Below are positions 22,740-43,650 of a stretch of DNA of 64,000 nt, in pieces. Source of the stretch: the human T2T-CHM13v2.0 reference genome, Homo sapiens; NCBI RefSeq assembly GCF_009914755.1, contig NC_060932.1. One strand, given 5' to 3'. The notes beneath the pieces were generated by a model. That model was not told the DNA's origin and did no database searches. It was given only the letters and a program-made list of their open reading frames with translations. The first letter of the stretch is position 1. The number at the start of each line of letters is the position of its first letter. The position numbers were made by a program, and so were the translations under genes.

Positions 22740-23081
<342 letters not shown>

Positions 23082-23084
23082 GGA

Positions 23085-23725
23085 ATAACTTCTTAATTGG
23101 TCTCTTTGCTTCTTTCCTCCAACCTTTCATACGTCTACTAGGATGGTATTTTTCAAAATGCAATCAGATTGTGTCATTTTCATTCTTACATGCTTACTCA
23201 CGTAACTTCCTATTGGGGCACACAGGGAAGGCAAAATGCAATCTGGCTTCTGACTATCTTTCTAACATCTCATACCATTCTTCCCCTCAGGTATTTCTGT
23301 TCCTGAAGCAACCAAGCCCTTTCCTACCTAAAGGCATTTACATATGTTGTTTCTTATACCTGGAATGCACTTCACCAGATTTTTACATGGCAAGCTCATT
23401 CTCATCTTTGATATAGTTCTCCTGTCATCATTTTACAGGGCTCTTCTCTAACTACCCTCTGTAGGGTGTTACTTCCATCAACATCACCTACTCTCATCAT
23501 ATCACTCTGATTTTTCTTGAAAGTGCACTTATATGATTATTTTGTTTATATGTCTGTTTACTTGTTTATTGTGTATCTTCTCCACTAGACGATAAGTTCC
23601 ATGAGAATAGGAACATGTCTGTCTTCTTTAATACTGTGTTTCTAATAAGTAGCATAGGGCTTGGTACACAGTAATATGTGTTCAATGATTGTTTATTAAT
23701 ATGTAAATAATTCAGTGATTGAATG
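23085..23725 (+). mobile_element. L2 3' end
   Basis: 'ccactagacgataagttccatgagaatagg...catagggcttggtacacagtaa' followed by a degenerate tgaa tail. Confidence 0.7.
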
Positions 23726-23907
23726 AAATAGATATTTCCTGATATCACTAATTTTCTTCCCTGCCCTCAACCCAAAATGAGCAGATGAAATAAGAAAAAG
23801 GACATAAAATGAGATCATCATTTTATTAAGTTATTGTATAACATATTATACACTCCAAATTGAAGTGGAAAGATTTTAAATTTCAGTCACTTTGATTTAA
23901 ACTTCAA

Positions 23908-25135
23908 AAACTGGCTAGCCATATGTAGAAAGCTGAAAATGGATCCCTTCCTTACACCTTATACGAAAATTAATTCAAGATGGATTAAAGATTTAATTGT
24001 TAGACCTAAAACCATAAAAACCCTAGAAGAAAGCCTAGGCAATACCATTCAGGACACAGGCATGGACAAGGACTTCACGTCTAAAACACCAAAAGCAATA
24101 GCAACAAAAGCCAAAATTGACAAATGGGATCTAATTAAACTAAAGAGCTTCTGCACAGCAAAAGAAACTACCATCAGGGTGAACAGGCAACCTACAGAAT
24201 GGGAGAAAATTTTTGCAATCTACTCATCTGACAAAGAGCTAATATCCAGAATCTACAAAGAACTCAAACAAATTTACAAGAAAAAAACAACCCCATCAAA
24301 AAGTGGGCAAAGGGTATGAACAGACACTTCTCAAAAGAAGACATTTATGCAGCCAACAGACACATGAAAAAATGCTCATCGTCACTGGCCATCAGAGAAA
24401 TGCAAATCAAAACCACAACAAGATACCATCTCACACCAGTTAGAATGGCGATCATTAAAAAGTCAGGAAACAACAGGTGCTGGAGAGGATGTGGAGAAAT
24501 AGGAACACTTTTACACTGTTGGTGGGACTGTAAACTAGTTCAACCATTGTGGAAGACAGTGTGGCGATTCCTCAAGGATCTAGAACTAGAAATACCATTT
24601 GACGTAGCCATCCCATTACTGGGTATATACCCAAAGGATTATAAATCATGCGGCTATAAAGACACATGCACACGTATGTTTATTGTGGCACTATTCACAA
24701 TAGCAAAGACTTGGAACCAACCCAAATGTCCATCAATGATAGACTGGATTAAGAAAATGTGGCACATATACATCATGGAATACTATGCAGCCATAAAAAA
24801 GGATGAGTTCATGTCCTTTGTAGGGACATGGATGAAGCTGGAAACCATCATTCTCAGCAAACTATCGCAAGGACAAAAACCCAAACACCGCATGTTCTCA
24901 CTCATAGATGGGAATTGAACAATGAGAACACTTAGACACAGGAAGAGGAACATCACACACTGGGGCCTGTCGTAGGGTAGAGGGAAGGGGGAGGGATAGC
25001 ATTAGGAGATATACCTAATGTAAATGACGAGTTAATGGGTGCAGCACACCAACATGGCACATGTATACATATGTAACAAACCTGCACGTTGTGCACATGT
25101 ACCCTAGAACTTAAAGTATAATATAAAACATAAAA
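23908..25135 (+). mobile_element. 5'-truncated L1PA (about L1PA4-6), ORF2 C-terminus plus 3'UTR, 10-bp TSD
   Basis: ORFs 23939-24319 and 24316-24918 are the L1 ORF2 C-terminus ([18 protein letters not shown]) with one frameshift; TSD taaacttcaa at 23898-23907 and 25136-25145. Confidence 0.95.
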
Positions 25136-28100
25136 TAAACTTCAATGTTATTTAAAATTTTAAAAATTGTGTCAGGCATATCACTGGAACTTAGCTAACA
25201 CTGGCTGCAACAGACCTGGTGATTTTTTTCTCTGTTTACTTTACATTAGCTTTCTAACTTTTGATCCAGTCATTTGAAATTAAGAGAACATAGAAAATAG
25301 AAATGAGTAGTTCAATTAGATATTGTAACAATTATCTCTTTATCATGTATTACTCCTTCTTCAGTGTGCATTCCAAGGGATTCCTTTTTCTGCTTCTCAG
25401 AGACCTCTGCTTCTCAGAGTCTCTAGGAGCAAAACATAGCACTTTAGTCTAATAGAGTGCTCACTGGCTAGTCTGTTTCTTTGTACCATAGACTAAGTCC
25501 TCAAGTGTCATCATTATATATCTTGGGGTCTGTTTCACTTTTGAGAGCAATTTTTATTATATTGGATGGTGGAAATAGATTAAGATGCATATTTATAAAT
25601 ATGAACCTTGTCCCAGGCCCAGAGAGAATATCCACCCTTTGTACTTTAATTTAGAGTGGACGGGAAATGATTTGTTTAGATAAGCATTGTTTTATGCCAA
25701 CATAGGAAGTTAACATTCTGTTAGTGTTCAGTAATATGTAGCTTTTCTTCTGTTGTCAGAATAGTCACTACTATTAAGATTGTGGGGCAGTGAAGAGAAA
25801 GGAGGGGAAGAATATACGTTGTTAACATGCCAAGTGGGAACGTGAAATGTATTTTCCCACAGAAACAATTTTATAAGTGGTGATTAAATAGAATATTAGT
25901 GAGTATTACTGCATAAGCCATGATGACTTAACCTAGATGCCTGCTGACTTCTTGGCAGTCAGATGGTAGAGAAGGGAAGAAATGCCTTAGTAGGCAACGC
26001 CTGGCTTATAGGGCTTCTTGTAGAGGATGGCAATTTATGACTTGCTCAGAAAATATTGTACACTTTAGCTCAATGGAAGATGGTTATAGATTGGGGAACT
26101 TATCTAGTCTGGTGTTAGGTGATGGGTGGAGGAAGCTGAATATTATATGCAGTAGCTGAGATGGCAGTTCTGACATTGATCTTGAAATATGTTTACTTTG
26201 AATCCGTAATTTAATTTCGAATAACCTGTTACTTTCTCACATATTTTTAAGATGACATCTAATATTTTCATTGTATGTTTAAGTGGTTGCAAAGGGTACA
26301 AATTCTAGCAAGTTATCAATACGACCTTTTACAGTAAAACTGTTACAGCCTCTTTAAAAATGTATCCAGTGGAATATAAATAGCATAGCAGTTTGATAAC
26401 TTCAATTAGCCTTAAAAATGAAACAAATACATGAACAAACTTTTTTTAACAATTGAAAGTTTTCTTTCCTTGTTTTTTATTGAATTTTTATTTACATTTT
26501 CTTCACAGCAGTTTATCCACATGTAATATATTTTTTGCTAGAATTTTTAAAAAGATAACCTTTTTATATTTTTTCAACAAAATATGTATATAAGTTGAAA
26601 TTAAACATTTTAAGAATTTCAGTGACCATAAGTCTTAAAGTTTTGAAAAATTTCTATTGGATTGAGTTTAATTGTAATAATTATTAATACACAATTGTTT
26701 AAAATAAATGCAAATTTTGATTACAAATAATTAAATATAAGACATAAAATTTTACTGGAAATTCATTTCTTGATGAGACAAAAGGGACTGGTTTTCTTTC
26801 AAAATTGTTCATAAATCCATGGACAAATATTACTTAGTACAGACCCAGATAGAATTCAACATCAATTCTATTTCTATTTCCTTCGTTTTTATAGATGCAA
26901 ATGCTGAGGAAATATGTTCACATTAATGACTAGATGTGAATAGAAAGAGGTTGGTTAGAACAATTCACTCAATTCTTTGAAGTCTTTCCAAATTATGTGA
27001 ACAAAATTATAGTAATCTATCATCACAAATTATTTTTAATTATATATCAGCTGACTATTAATTTAGGTTTTTTTCTCAACTTGTTGAAAGCAAAGAATTG
27101 AAGACACCAGGCTTGCAAAATGATTTGTTACCCAGGTGGTGAGTCATTCTGTCTGTTTCTGGGAGTTATACCAAAAAAGCTGTACCAAGACTTATCAAAT
27201 GACTATTTAAACTTAACCATCCTTTCACTTAGAGGCACCTTGTTTAAGTCAATATACTAAAAAGGATTTGGAAAATGCTCATTTTAGCGTCCCTGCCGAT
27301 TACAGTTACTGTTGATAAAGTTATTTTGCCTTTTCACATGCTTTAAGTTATTTTTATAAGTATCTTAGAACTATATATTTAGCTTTGAGCTTATCGAAAA
27401 TGTGAAACATATGAGCTAATTTCCAAAGCTGGTCCTGTTGTCAAACCAATCAGCCACATGAAACTTTCTGTCAGAGAAAGTCTCACTTTACTTTGCGATT
27501 TAAATAAGTATGTTAATACAGATCATCTGAGAATGTGATTACATACTGTGACAAAAGCTATGTATGAGTGCACCCTGTTTACTTACTCACCACTTGAAAA
27601 AATTTAATATTATATGTATTAATGCTGTATTAATAATAGTTCCCATGTTAATGGTAGCATCTGATACTCCAATCAGGACTCAACTTCTTAAGAACAGTTT
27701 CTTTATGAATATGAATGCTTTCAATGTAGGCTTTAAAGTATAAGTATTATCCATTAGTCTATTTCTTATGATTATCCACTGAGTCAACTCCATTCTTGAG
27801 ATGGATATAAAGATCCTGAAGATCCTTATATATTTAGCCAAGTAAAACCAAAACAACCTAAATGTGAGTATTTACAGTTTTGAATTCTCTTCACTAGTGG
27901 ATTCCTGGGCAAGTCTCTTAATGTGCCATCATTTCATCAAATATGTTATTTTTGTTATGATTGCAAATGACTAGAACCATATGTACATAATGAGTCTGTA
28001 AGTAATATCTTCTACCATTACTTTTGCCATGATCTGAACAATGCCTTCTGCAGTTTTATAAACTCTATAATTATATCTGTAAGGGTTTAATACAATTGCA

Positions 28101-29249
28101 CTGACAGACTTACCAGGCAACATCCTTTTAGCTTTTCACTTTTGTAGCAGACGCAATAACCCTTTTTGTCATATAAGATTTCCTAGCTTTAGTAGTGAGC
28201 AATATTAATTTATAAAAGCTCTCTAAAGCCAGTCTTGATTAACTGCTTGTAAGTTGCTAATACCCTCTGTTTTCTTATAATGTGAATAGTTTTCTTTAGG
28301 GTTTGAATGTTTTGTGAATAAATGATGCTTCAAGAGAGATGGTTTCATGCTGTTTTCTTTAACAACGATGCCTCAAGGGCAGAATCTCTCAGGGGCTCTC
28401 TGGAGCAGTGCATTCTTTCATAATTAGGAGTCACTTTCCCAGGAGGATTATATATCTGAGGACATTATCTTACATATACTCGTACCTTTCTTCTTAATGC
28501 TTTATGAATTCTAACAAATTTCAAGCTATTAAACAGCATTAGTTTATTATAAGATAGCGTACCATGAACAGGCTTTTTAAGGTCTGATCTACATTATTAG
28601 CAATTAAGATATTTTTATAAAGGATGTCAGTTAAGTTCCTTTTATGCCCTCTTCCAAAATTTGTTTAGCAAGTACCTTGTTTTAGTCATGGGTGTATAAC
28701 TGTAGCATCACTAATGTTCTCTGGACACAGAAGAAAACTCTGCACCTTTAATAAGCAAGTACTTTTGTTAGCTGTTGACACAACTCCATTTATGTCAACA
28801 TCTAATCTACAAATGCATTCTATATTTCATGTATATAACAGGAATCAGCCATATATTTCTTTCTTTTCAAGATATTTGCCAATTGACTACAATGAATACT
28901 TTAGAGATCTATTGGGAAACTAAGTTAAGAAAATTATGATGACTCCAGAATTATTGCCGGATAAATTTGTTTATCTGCAGTTTCTATTCCATTGAGTTAA
29001 CAGTGTCTGATTTGAAAATATTCTTTAAAAATTGATAACTCTGGATTATTAGGATAAAAAAACCGCATTATAGTTTACCTAGCTATCAAGATCATTTAAA
29101 AGTGGCATAACTGAACTGAAGTTTCCTTTTTGTCATATCGTATAATTAGCATCTATATTTATTACTTATGATTTTATTGATATCACAGATTCTTTTGTTT
29201 ACATTTATATTGTAAACATATATTAATTTATGCTCTAAGGAAGTATTTG

Positions 29250-30150
<901 letters not shown>

Positions 30151-30151
30151 C

Positions 30152-30562
30152 TGTAACAATTGTTATATGTACCCTACTCATATGCCTTCAGCCCATTCCA
30201 AATGGTACCTGCAAATGGTTCCTGAACATAACAATTGCATCCTGTGCCTCTATGCCTAAGGGCATTTTATGGCCAAGGGAACAGGCCTAACCTGAAGAGG
30301 AGAGACAGGCATGCCAATGAGCTAATATATAAATACCCCAGACCCCTTGCTCTTCAGTGGGTTGATTCTGAGAAGGTCTCATCATGGCCAAGATTTGCCC
30401 CTAGAAATAATCTACTCTTTAATTGACATCTATTGGCTTTCCTACCTTTCATGTTTCACTTCTTCACTCTGACTATACTTTTTTGGATTGTCATTCAAAT
30501 AAACTTCTTTGCATCAAATGTTGGGCTCAGGATCTGCTTGTAGAAAAGCCTGAAATAATACA
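30152..30562 (+). mobile_element. ERVL LTR (LTR16-like) inserted in old L1
   Basis: TGTA...CA ends; 'caaataaacttctttgcatcaaat...ctcaggatctgctt'; TSD aaaac/aaagc. Confidence 0.6.
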
Positions 30563-30611
30563 AAAGCCATCTGGGCCTAATATTTTCTGTAGAAGAGCTA
30601 CATTAAAACAT

Positions 30612-31970
30612 TTTTTAGTTGAGATATTTATATAGTAAAATTAACTATTTTAAAGTATACAAGTTAGTGGTTTTTAGTACATTAACAGTGTCATGCAACC
30701 ATCACAATTTGTCCAATTCCAGAACATTTTCATCACTATCTTCCCAAAAAACCCCTGTACCCATTAGTAGTCACTCCCTTACTTCCCTATACCCCTGCAA
30801 TCACTAATCTACTTTCTTATTCTATGGAGTTATCTGTACTGGACATTTCCTATTATGCTTTTACGGCTCATCTGTGTTGTAGCAAGAATTAATATTTTGT
30901 TTCTTTTTATGGCTGAATTACATTCCATTGTATGGTTATACCACATTTTTTTTTCATTCATCAATCGAAAGACACTTTTGTTGTTTATACTTTTTGGCTA
31001 TTGTGAATAATGCTGCTGTGCACATTCATTTGCAAGTTGTGTAAAGATTTGTTTTCAATTATCTTGGATATTACCTAGGAGTGGAATTCCTGGGTTATAT
31101 GATAATTCTATGTTTAAGTTTTTGAGGAACTACCAAGTTGTTTTTCACAGTAACTATATCATTTTACATTCCCACCAACAATGTACAAGAGTTACACTAT
31201 CCTCACATCTTCACCAACACTTATTTTCTGTTCTTTTAAAAAATGACATATATTTCAGTGGGTATGAAGTGGTATCTCATTATGGCTTTTGATTTGCATT
31301 TTCCAGTGACTAATGACATTGAGCATTACTTCTTATGCTTTTTGGCCACTTGGATATGTTTATGCAGAAATATTCAAGTCCTTTGTCCATTTAAGGTTGG
31401 GTTGTTGTTGGGTTGTAAGAGTTCTTTATATATTTTGGATGCCAGACCCTTATCAGATGTATAATTTGCAAATATTTTTTCTTATTCTGTGGGTTGTCTT
31501 TTCATTTTCTTGAAAATGTCCTTTGATACTTAAAAGGTTTTTTTGATGAAGTCCAATTTATCTATTTTTTGTTTGGTTGTTTGTTCTTTTGGCATAATAT
31601 CTAAGAAACAGTTGCCTAAACCAAGGTCATGAAGATTTATTCCTAATTTTCCTTTAATAATTATGTAGCTTTAGTTCTTACATTGAGGTCTTTGATCCAT
31701 TTTAAGTTAATTTTTGTGTATGGTATGAGTTAGGGGTCCAACTTCACTGTTTTGCATGTGGATATCAAATTGTTCCAGTGCCATTTATTGAAAAGACTAT
31801 TCCAATTGAACGATCTTGGCTCCCTTGTTGAAAATCAGTTGACCATAGATGTATGGGTTTATTTCTGAACTCTCAATTCTATTCCCTTGACCTGTATGTC
31901 TATCCTTATGCCAATATCTCAGTCATTATAACTGTAGCTTTGTAGTAAGTTTGAAATCAGGATATCTGAA
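30612..31970 (-). mobile_element. L1MB 3' region
   Basis: 'ggtttttagtacattaacagtgtcatgcaaccatcac...gttgaaaatcagttgaccatagatg'. Confidence 0.85.
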
Positions 31971-32029
31971 TTGTATAAGAGGTCTCTGATACCTCATTAG
32001 TTCCTACTGGTATATTTTAAAGACTAGCT

Positions 32030-32668
<639 letters not shown>

Positions 32669-32893
32669 CTTTTTTTTTTAATTAATTACTTTATTATTAT
32701 TATACTTTAAGTTTTAGGGCACATGTGCATAATGTGCAGGTTAGTTACATATGTATACATGTGCCATGCTGGTGCGCTGCACCCACTAACTCGTCATCTA
32801 GCATTAGGTATATCTCCCAATGCTATCCCTCCCCCCTCCCCCCACCCCACAACAGTCCCCAGAGTGTGATGATCCCCTTCCTGTGTCCAAGTG
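32669..32893 (-). mobile_element. Young L1PA (L1PA2/3-like) terminal 3'UTR fragment
   Basis: T tail plus 'tatactttaagttttaggg...ggtgcgctgcacccactaactcgtcatctagc...ctgtgtccaagtg'. Confidence 0.92.
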
Positions 32894-32899
32894 AGCATG

Positions 32900-33430
32900 G
32901 AGCAGAGAAGCAAAAAATGGTAAGAGACAGGGTTGGGGAGTGAGACTGTAAAGAACTTTTTGGGTCATTTTAAGGAGTTTGGCATTTATTTGGAGCAAAA
33001 CAGGAAGTATTAAAACGTTTTGACCAAAAAAAAAATATGACATGATCTTACTCACATTTTAACACATTTTAAAAGGCTTACTTTGATAGTTTTGTTGAGA
33101 TACATTAGTGGAGGTATGAAAAGAATGGAAGCTGGAAGATTAGTTATGAAGAAATAATTTATGAGAGATACCTGGTGACTCAGGCTAAGGTAATTGTGGT
33201 GGAGGTGGTGAGATGTCATCTTTGTGGATGTATCTTAAAAGTGGGATAAAAGAGATTTTATGATGGAATATATGTAGAATATGAGAGAAAAATATTACTC
33301 CAAGATTTTTGGCCTGAGGCAAACTGGAAGAATGGTAAGTTGCCATTAACTGTTATGGGTAAGACTGCAGGTGGAGCAATTTCCGTGTAAAGGTCTGAAA
33401 TTCACTTTTGGACTTATTAAGTTTGAGATA
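32900..33430 (-). mobile_element. L2 fragment
   Basis: 'gacatgatctta...gaatggaagctggaagattagtt...ggtggaggtggtgagatg...ccaagatttttggcctgag'. Confidence 0.65.
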
Positions 33431-33754
33431 AATCAAAATACAAGTATACTGAAGCTTAGATATAAATAAGGCTGTGCTTTTAATTTTGTGCTGTGGTAGT
33501 GTTGTGATATAGTTTATCTTAGAATAGTAAATCCTCCTTGGGTGGGCAAAGTTGGACTTGCCTTACATTTGGAGTAGGTCAGATGACTATACCTGATAAG
33601 TGATGCTATTGCTTTTTAGCAGTACAGGAGAAAGAAGCACATTTCGCAAAGGGAAGTTCATATATTAGTCCATGGCTTCTGGAAATTTATTTGCAAGAAA
33701 CCATGGAGGATCTAAAAGAGTTTTGTTCATTAACCTTAAAGTTTTCAAGAATTA

Positions 33755-34072
33755 GCGGGGTGTGGTGGCTCACACCTGTAATCCCAGTACTTTGGGAGGC
33801 TGAGACAGGCAGATTCCTTGAGTCTAGGAGTTCAAGACTAGACTGGGAAACATGGTGAAACCCTGTCTCTACAAAAAATAAAAAAAAAATTAGCTGGATC
33901 TGGTGGTGTGTGCCTGTAGTCCCAGCTACTTGAGAGGCTGAGGTGGGAGGATCGCTTGAACCTAGGAAGTTGCGGCTGCACGAGCCGTGATCAATCCCAC
34001 CTCTGCACTCCAGCCTGAGCAACAGAATGAGACCGTCTCAAATACATACATACATACATGCATACATACATA
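33755..34072 (+). mobile_element. AluJ-like with (TACA)n tail
   Basis: Alu body containing 'gggaggatcgcttgaacctagg'. Confidence 0.92.
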
Positions 34073-34400
34073 CCAGTGGGAATCTGAAAAACAGGTGAAT
34101 GAAGCTTTATACCCTCAACTTTTTTCTCTGAATTAACATTCCTTCTTTAAAAATTTCTTCTCTGCAAGGTCGTTCTGGTGATTTCCATATCACCAAATTT
34201 CATTACTATTTCACCATCATTGCCTCTAGTTTACATCTTCGGTTCTCTTCAATTTGTATAAAGCATTGTCTTCTTTACCATCTGTTAATCTTTATATAAT
34301 TATGTCTGGTCCTTTGTCTTTTATAATTTATCCTCTTCAGAAATTTTCATGTTCCAATCACCATTTTAAGTGAAACCTTCTATGTGAATATACATTCTAC

Positions 34401-34692
34401 TTTTTTTTTTTGAGACAGAGTTTTACTCTTGTTGCCCAAGCTGGAGCGCAATGGCATGATCTCAGCTCACCGCAACCTCCGCCTCCCAGGTTCAAGCAAT
34501 TCACCTGCCTCAGCCTCCTGAGTAGCTAGGATTACAGGCATGCACTACGAAGCCCAGCTAATTTTGTATTTTTAGTAGAGACAGGGTTTCTCATGTTAGT
34601 CAGGCTGGTCTCAAACTCCCAACCTCAGGTGATCCGCCCACCTCGGCCTCCCAAAGTGCTGGGATTACAGGCATTAGCCACCGTGCCTGGCC
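34401..34692 (-). mobile_element. AluS
   Basis: Alu reverse complement; degenerate TSD atatacattctac / atatgctttctat. Confidence 0.95.
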
Positions 34693-34708
34693 ATATGCTT
34701 TCTATTTT

Positions 34709-35005
<297 letters not shown>

Positions 35006-35039
35006 ACTTTCTATTTTAAGAAAAACTAAACTCTCTTTC

Positions 35040-35229
35040 TTTTCATTTTTTAAACTATTATTTTACTTTAATATTTTTAATTTTTTTGGTACATAGTAGG
35101 TGTATATATTTGTGGGGAGCATGAGGTGTTTTGATAGAGGCATGCAATGTGAAATAAGTTGTATTAGTCTGTTCTCATGTTGTTATGAAGAAATACCTGA
35201 GACTGGGTGTATTAGTCTGTTTTCATGCT
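35040..35229 (-). mobile_element. L1MA 3' terminus plus the 3' ends of two nested MaLR LTRs
   Basis: Reverse complement: ...cagactaataca-cccag-tctcaggtatttcttcata...cagactaataca-actta-tttcacattgcatgcc...cctactatgtacc. Confidence 0.85.
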
Positions 35230-36029
35230 TATTACTGGAAGTAAATATGCATTTGACATAAATATATTAGTTAATTGAGAATTACTAAATTTTCACACTA
35301 ATATAATTTTACAAATGCAATATAGCTTATTTTCAGGCCTTTTTTTGTGAAGTAGTGGGAATAAAGGGATCAGGTGATTACATAAATGTTAACCAATTCA
35401 TTTTATAAATGTTCTGTTCTAAATGAAATTTTATCAAAAAACTAGGAAGTGGTTTCCAAAGTAAATTAGTCATTGGGAAGCATTTGATTGTTTATTGATT
35501 ATTATCAGAATAGGTGATTGCTGCCTTCATAATAAATATACAATTTAAAAATCTTATTTTAATTCAGAATTGGGTTCTAAGCTTAAATTCCTCCAAGTAA
35601 TTTTTTTTTAAGACAGCTGTTAAAACAGTGGGTATATCCTACAAGATTAAGGAAATGGAACATTTCTGCAGTTATTAAGTTTTCCCACTAGTCTGTGCTA
35701 TAGCACTTTTTTCAATCTGGCCCAACTGGATTCACTGCATATTGATATTACATTGTTAACCTATTTTTTCCCCTAAGAAAAAAAAATTTCCATTAAAAAT
35801 ATAGTAACTTTAGTAAAACAAAAAGAATCAGTTCAAAAAGTATCATAATTCCCCATTACAAAATGTGGTGATATTAATTAGAAGAATTATTTTCCATCAC
35901 ATATTTACTGATTCAAAGATTAAACAAGACATAAATACAAATATACTATCAGTTGACAGTTTTCTTTTCCATTATATAGAAGATTTTGCCAGTTATGATG
36001 CTTAAATTACAAAATTATAAGTCATTTCA

Positions 36030-36757
36030 TTTTAAAATAACAAAGAGTGTAATTGGATTGTTTGCAACTCAATGGATAAATATTTGAGGGGATGGAGACC
36101 CCATTCATTATTATGTGTTTATGATACGGTTTGGCTTTGTGTCCCCACCCAAATCTCACCTTGAATTTTAATAATCCCCACGTGTCAAGTGTGGGACCAA
36201 GTAGAAATCATTGGATCATGGAAGCGGTTTACCCCATGTTGTTCCCATGTTAATGAGTCTCAGGAGATCTGATGGTTTTATAGGTGTCTGTTTTATAAGA
36301 GAATGAGTGACAGGCATTTCCCCTGCTGGCACTCATTCTCTCTCCTGCTGCCCTGTGAAGAGATGCCTTCCACCATGATTGTAAGTTTCCTGAGGCTTCA
36401 CCAGCAAAGTGGAACTGTGAGTCAATTAAACCACTTGTCTTTATAAATTACCCAGCGATATGCTTTGGCTATGTCCCCAACCAAATCTCATCTTGAATTC
36501 CCACGTGTTGTGGGAGGGACGCAGTAGGAGGTAATTGAATCATGGGGGCAGGTCTTTCTCGTGTTGTTCTCCTGATAGAGAATAAGTCTCAAGAGATCTG
36601 ATGGTTTTAAAAAGGGCAGTTTCCTTGCATAAGCTCTCTTCTCTTGTCTACTCCCATGTGAGATGGGCCTTTCACCTTCCACCAGGATTGTGAGGCCTCC
36701 CCAGCCACATGGAACTGTAAGTCCAATAAACCTCTTTCTTTTGTAAATTGCCCCATC

Positions 36758-36760
<3 letters not shown>
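36030..36760 (+). mobile_element. L1MA 3'UTR piece, MSTA/THE1-type LTR (36122-36455) and nested THE1 LTR (36456-36760); both LTRs lack their 3' ends
   Basis: 'gagtgtaattggattgtttgcaac...ggggatggagacccc', then TGATACGG at 36122 and CGATATG at 36456. Confidence 0.88.
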
Positions 36761-41950
<5,190 letters not shown>

Positions 41951-42019
41951 TTGGGAGAGTTTTTTGTTGTTGTTGTTGTTTTTGTTTTTTTTTTTTTTGC
42001 AGGACTCTTGTATATTATT

Positions 42020-42318
42020 TTCTTTTCTTTCTTTTTTTTTTTCTTTCTTAAGACAGGTGTCACTTTGTCACCCAGGCTGGAGTGCAGTGGCACATCTTGG
42101 CTCACTGCAGCCTTGACCTGCTGGGCTCAACTGATCCTCCTGTCTCAGCCCTATGGTGGGGTGGGCCACGCCACTATGTCCAGCTAATTGTTTAATTTTT
42201 TGTAGAGATGGGGTTTTGCCATGTTGCCCAGGCTGGTCTCGAACTCCTGAGTGCAAGCAGTCTGCCCACTCAGCCTTCCAAAGTGCTAGGACTATAGGCA
42301 TAGCCATTGTGCCCAGCC
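42020..42318 (-). mobile_element. AluJ
   Basis: 'cactgcagccttgacctgctgggctcaa'. Confidence 0.9.
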
Positions 42319-42559
42319 TGTTATTTTTCTTTATGACAGACATCTTTAAAAATTTTATTTAATGTTTTGTAATTGGTTATAGGTGGTGTATAGAAATGCT
42401 GTTTATTTTGCTTAATCATGATTTGATCCAGGAAACTTACTGAGCTCCCTTACTACTCAATATTTTGGCTGTAGATTTTTGGATTTTCTGTCATAATCAA
42501 ATGGCATTGCCAATCAAATAGTGTTCAAATAAGGACAGTTTTATTTCATCCTTTCTCGT

Positions 42560-42569
42560 ATGTGTGTGT

Positions 42570-42635
<66 letters not shown>

Positions 42636-42646
42636 CAGAGAGAGAT
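42560..42646. repeat. Compound (TG)n(AG)n microsatellite
   Basis: Direct reading. Confidence 0.97.
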
Positions 42647-43157
42647 ATTCAGGAGAGATTTACTTGGCTAGCATCTCCAATACAGTGTAGAACAGAGGTG
42701 GTGATACCGGGAATCCTTAGATCATTTCCTACTTTAAAAGGAATGCTCTTACCTTTGATTCTTAAATATAAAATAGGATATAGAGGTTTTGTAGATATCC
42801 TTTATTAGGTTAAAGCATTGCTAATTTTTATAATATTTAGTTTGCTGCATTTTATATTGTTTTCACACAAACGAATCTTGCATTTTATGAATGCTGAATG
42901 GTTTTTCTGTATGTATTGATAATGCCATTTTATTTCTATTTTAATTAATTAATTTGGTGAATTTGATTAATTTGATGAATTTAACTATTCTTGCATCTTT
43001 GGTTTAATCTCCCCTTTGTCATGGTAGGTTCGTCTTTATTCATTTCTTTCTCATATATATTTGCTGTATAAAATTAAGGATTTGGTTCACATTTTTAAAA
43101 CGTATGCATTCATTTCCACTTGTGCTATTGGGCTATAATTTTACTTTAATTTTGTCT

Positions 43158-43650
43158 ATGGTAGGCAGAAAAATGGCCCCTCTAAAGATAACCATGTCTT
43201 AATTCCTGAAACCTATGAATGTTATCTTATATGGCCCCCAACTCTTCTCTTTCCTCAAACAACATGCAGGTGTGATACAGTAAAGATCTTGAGATAGGGA
43301 GATTATGCAGGTTGGCCCTAAATGCAATCCCTTGTATCATCAGTGCATATGTATCTGTGCACAAACACAGAAGAGAAGGCGATGTGAAGATTTAACAGAG
43401 AGAGTTCGAAGATGCTGTTTTTGAATATTGGATTGATGTGGCCACAAGCCAAGGAATGATGATACTCACCAGAAGCTGATTGCCAGAGGAGACAAGGAAC
43501 TGGTTTTCCCTAGAGCCTTCTGAAGGATCATGGCCCTGTTGACATCTTGATTTTGGTCAGGTGATATTGAAATTGGACTTCTTGTCCCAGAGCTGTGAGG
43601 GAATACATTTCTTGTTGTTTTAAGCCACCAGTTTGGGGTAATTTGTAATT
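43158..43650 (+). mobile_element. MLT1C/D LTR
   Basis: 'tggtaggcagaaaaatggcccc...gatcttgagatagggagattat...gttttaagccaccagtttggggtaatttg'. Confidence 0.8.
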